A DNA stretch of 64,000 nt from Vitrella brassicaformis CCMP3155 (lineage: Eukaryota; Protista; Chromerida). The notes beneath the pieces were generated by a model. It saw only the letters and a list, made by a program, of their open reading frames with translations, was not told the origin of the DNA and did no database searches. Location of the stretch: positions 1 to 64,000 of the forward strand of contig CDMY01000315.1 in NCBI GenBank assembly GCA_001179505.1, written 5' to 3'. Both the position numbers and the translations under genes were made by a program. Shown here one piece after another: positions 61,359 through 64,000 of this stretch (the stretch's first letter is position 1; each line of letters begins with the position of its first letter).

Positions 61359-64000
61359 CCCACAGGCAACCAACATGTTTGTGTGTGGAGTGCGATGAAA
61401 CGCCTTGTCTCAGCCCACTCACCGATGGCCGCACTTGGCGTGTAAGCGAGCCCGGCGCTGTCGAGAGCCGTCTGATTGACGTGGTAGGCCACCTGGCTGC
61501 TGCGGATGGTGTAGAGGAAGGACTTGAGCCGCTCGCGCGGCAGGTGCCACAAGACCGGCAGCCGGGCGCCGTCTGCACACACACACAAAGACAAAGACAA
61601 AGACACGGCAGCGCACACACGTGTCATCTCTGTCTGTGTCTGTGTCTGTGGATGTGCGCGTACACAGGCTCTTCATTGCAGAACGGTCTGTAGCAATGGC
61701 ATCTGCTGCCCTCCCGCCCGATGCAGCCTGTGTGGCCGAGAGAGGAGAGAGAGAATCGGCTGTGTGGTCTGTGTGATGGAGGGCACCTGTTGTTGCAGAT
61801 CCTCGGCCAAGGCTATCAGCTCACGACTGCGACGATCTGCACACCCACACAGGCACACGAATCAAATGTAATACTAGAGCGAAAAGCTCCGCTTCCCGTC
61901 CGTCAAAGGACTTACCCTTAACAGCGACCCGTTCAGCGTCCCTGCCGAAGACGCTGAAGTGCTCCAGGTACGTCAGCTTGCCCCTCTCCTCACCGTCACC
62001 ACCATTTCCACCCATGCTCTTCTCTCCCGCAATGGCAATGGCAATCGCAGTCTCACTACCAGCGCCACTGCTGCCTCGTGTGTGGTGGCCGCCAGTGACG
62101 ATGCGTTGAATGAATTCGGGCAGAGGGAGGGCAAACAGGGATGGGGCGTCGGAGTGGGTGGACCGTCTGCTGCTGCTGCGCTGTTTCCTATGTGGCTGGG
62201 CGGGTGGTGGTGGGGAGGACAGCTGCGAGTCGAGTGGGCGACAAACAGACACCACATGGCACATCAGATGGATGACCCAGGATGCATTTCGCCCTTCCTT
62301 CACCCACTCGGTCACTGACCTCTTGGAATATCCACTGCATGTGCTGCCAGCAGGGGTGCTTCATGACCTCCACCACCCTCCCCCGCTGACCGTCCGTCAT
62401 CCCGCTCCATCGCAGCGGCACCAACACACATCCAATGTACTCAACCAGACGCACAACGTCCCCCGACGGATAGCCCCATCCACCAGCAGCAGCAGCAGCA
62501 GGGGCCTCTTGGTCCATGCTCCTGCTGCTGGTGCTGCCCCTCCTGGCCACCGTTCTGCCACCTGTGGCGATGAGCGAACCGGACGGCTGTCCTTTTGTGG
62601 CTGCTGGTGGGAGAGTGGGGGCGCTGCGTGGCCGTGGGTTCGCCAGTGACTCGAGCAGCGACAGCACATGCAGGTTGTCGAAGGACGATGCGTTTCCGCG
62701 CAGGGCGGCCTCCAGGTAGAGCCAGAAAGATCGGTAGAGGGGCCCGTGGAGGCCGAGTGACGAGAGAGAGGGCGCGAGGGCGGCTAACTCCGACGCACTG
62801 CAACAGAGATGCAGAGAAGCCGTGTGTGCTGTGTCTGTCGTGTTCTGGCGCGTGGAGGTTGCAGGCAAGCGCCTACCTGTATTTCTTGTGCGTGTTGTCT
62901 TTGCGCGTGACGACGTGGCGCACGACGGCCTGGTAGACGTCCTCCAACTCGACCCTGCACACACATACAGAAGTCCATCCATACACACATGAAGGGATCG
63001 ATCTCTTTGTCTGGTCTCGCTCACCGGTATCCGACCAGGGCGTACTCCTTCATGGCGAAGACGACAAGAGGGTTGGCCCACATGTCTGATGAATGAATGA
63101 ATGAATGAATGAATGAATGAGATCCATACACACAGACAGATACACATTCGTTCACGCAGACCCTCTCTCTCTCTCTCTCTCTCTGTGCGCTGCGCTGCGC
63201 TGCGCTGTGCCGTTTGCCGACCGACCTTTGTCCATTTGGTGTCTGACGGCGAGCGACAGCCGCTTCAGGAGTGACCCGAACCAGCCACTCTCCAGCTCGC
63301 CTTTCTGCACTGCCAACTGATGCAGCACCACACCCGCACAGGAAGGGAGCTGTCCAGGTGGGGTGTAGTCCGCTGACTGACCCTTGTGAAGCAGAAGAGC
63401 AGCTGGGCGAGCTGGTCGGGGCTCTGACGCAATGCACTCTCCTGCAGACATCATACGCAGTGCGTTGTGCATCCGCCCACCACCGTGAAGGTGCGCAGTG
63501 GTTTTCCCTGACCTCGGTGGCCATGGCGAGGCTGCGCCACAGTGGCGCCATGTCGACCTGACGAGAGATCAGCTGCACACACACAAAGCCCGTGTGAAAG
63601 TCTGACTACGTGTGCTGGCTGCTCATCTCGTGTGTGTGTGTGTGTGTGTGTTTGTGATGTTTGATGTGATGGTCCTCACGGCCTTGACGAGTGGGCACAG
63701 CTTCGTCGGATGAATCCGCGACACCATCGGCTGCATCAATCACATCCCCACACACACCAGTCGAAACACACACATCCCGACAGACAGCCATCGCCTCTCT
63801 CCTTCGTCTCTTCCTTACCCACAGCTGGCCGATCTGCGTCACCTCCTGCCCGCCCGGTATGGCCATCGACGTCTGACCCCCCGACATATCCACAACAGGG
63901 CCAGCACCCGATCCACTGACGGCCGACACTGCACCTGCTCGCACAGGACAGTTCGCAAAATGACACCAGAGCTATCCATCGCTGGTCGCTGGCTGGCTGT
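58512..64000 (-). CDS. Large multi-exon, probably alpha-helical-repeat protein; 5' end lies beyond the window
   Basis: Many GT-AG-bounded coding exons, for example MKVTDLASCLNGFGKI, LMPSDVLNGMSLLYP, AVPSEGLVKIAASLQRL, LDALEDAIQRNANRLQLEET and FWLYLEAALRGNASSF. These are reminiscent of organellar helical-repeat RNA-binding proteins (inference only). Confidence 0.6.

Noticed and set aside
1-64000. CRISPR arrays, rRNA/tRNA genes, prokaryotic operons or defence systems
   Set aside because: None was seen. The repeats are microsatellites or gene duplications and the DNA is eukaryotic.

Overview
Intron-rich, GC-rich eukaryotic nuclear DNA. The short introns packed with (CA)n/(TG)n, (GA)n, (GACA)n and (GGAT)n microsatellites, and the gene families present, suggest a chromerid alveolate such as Vitrella brassicaformis (inference). 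There are two 300-N gaps. Conserved genes: a probably plastid-targeted RNase II/RNB protein (3.8-7.9 kb, +), RNA polymerase II subunit RPB2 (18.8-26.8 kb, -), Mic60/mitofilin (30.8-35.5 kb, +) and GPI-transamidase subunit PIG-U (47.0-49.5 kb, -). Between them lie lineage-specific, often decaying paralogues: three BTB-like genes, each with its own frameshift, F-box-like genes, a RING-TLDc gene, a PHD pseudogene and a retropepsin-like gene with HTG in place of DTG. The most striking feature is a spliced C5-cytosine DNA methyltransferase gene (36.2-41.1 kb) with all catalytic motifs, preceded by chromodomain(s) and a PHD-like finger. Other highlights are exon-shuffled duplicates of the Mic60 presequence/TM exons, a recent duplication that fuses a dispanin-like gene in frame to a multi-TM gene, and a recurrent GCGAGCT promoter motif. 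Exon boundaries were read by eye and are approximate where stated.
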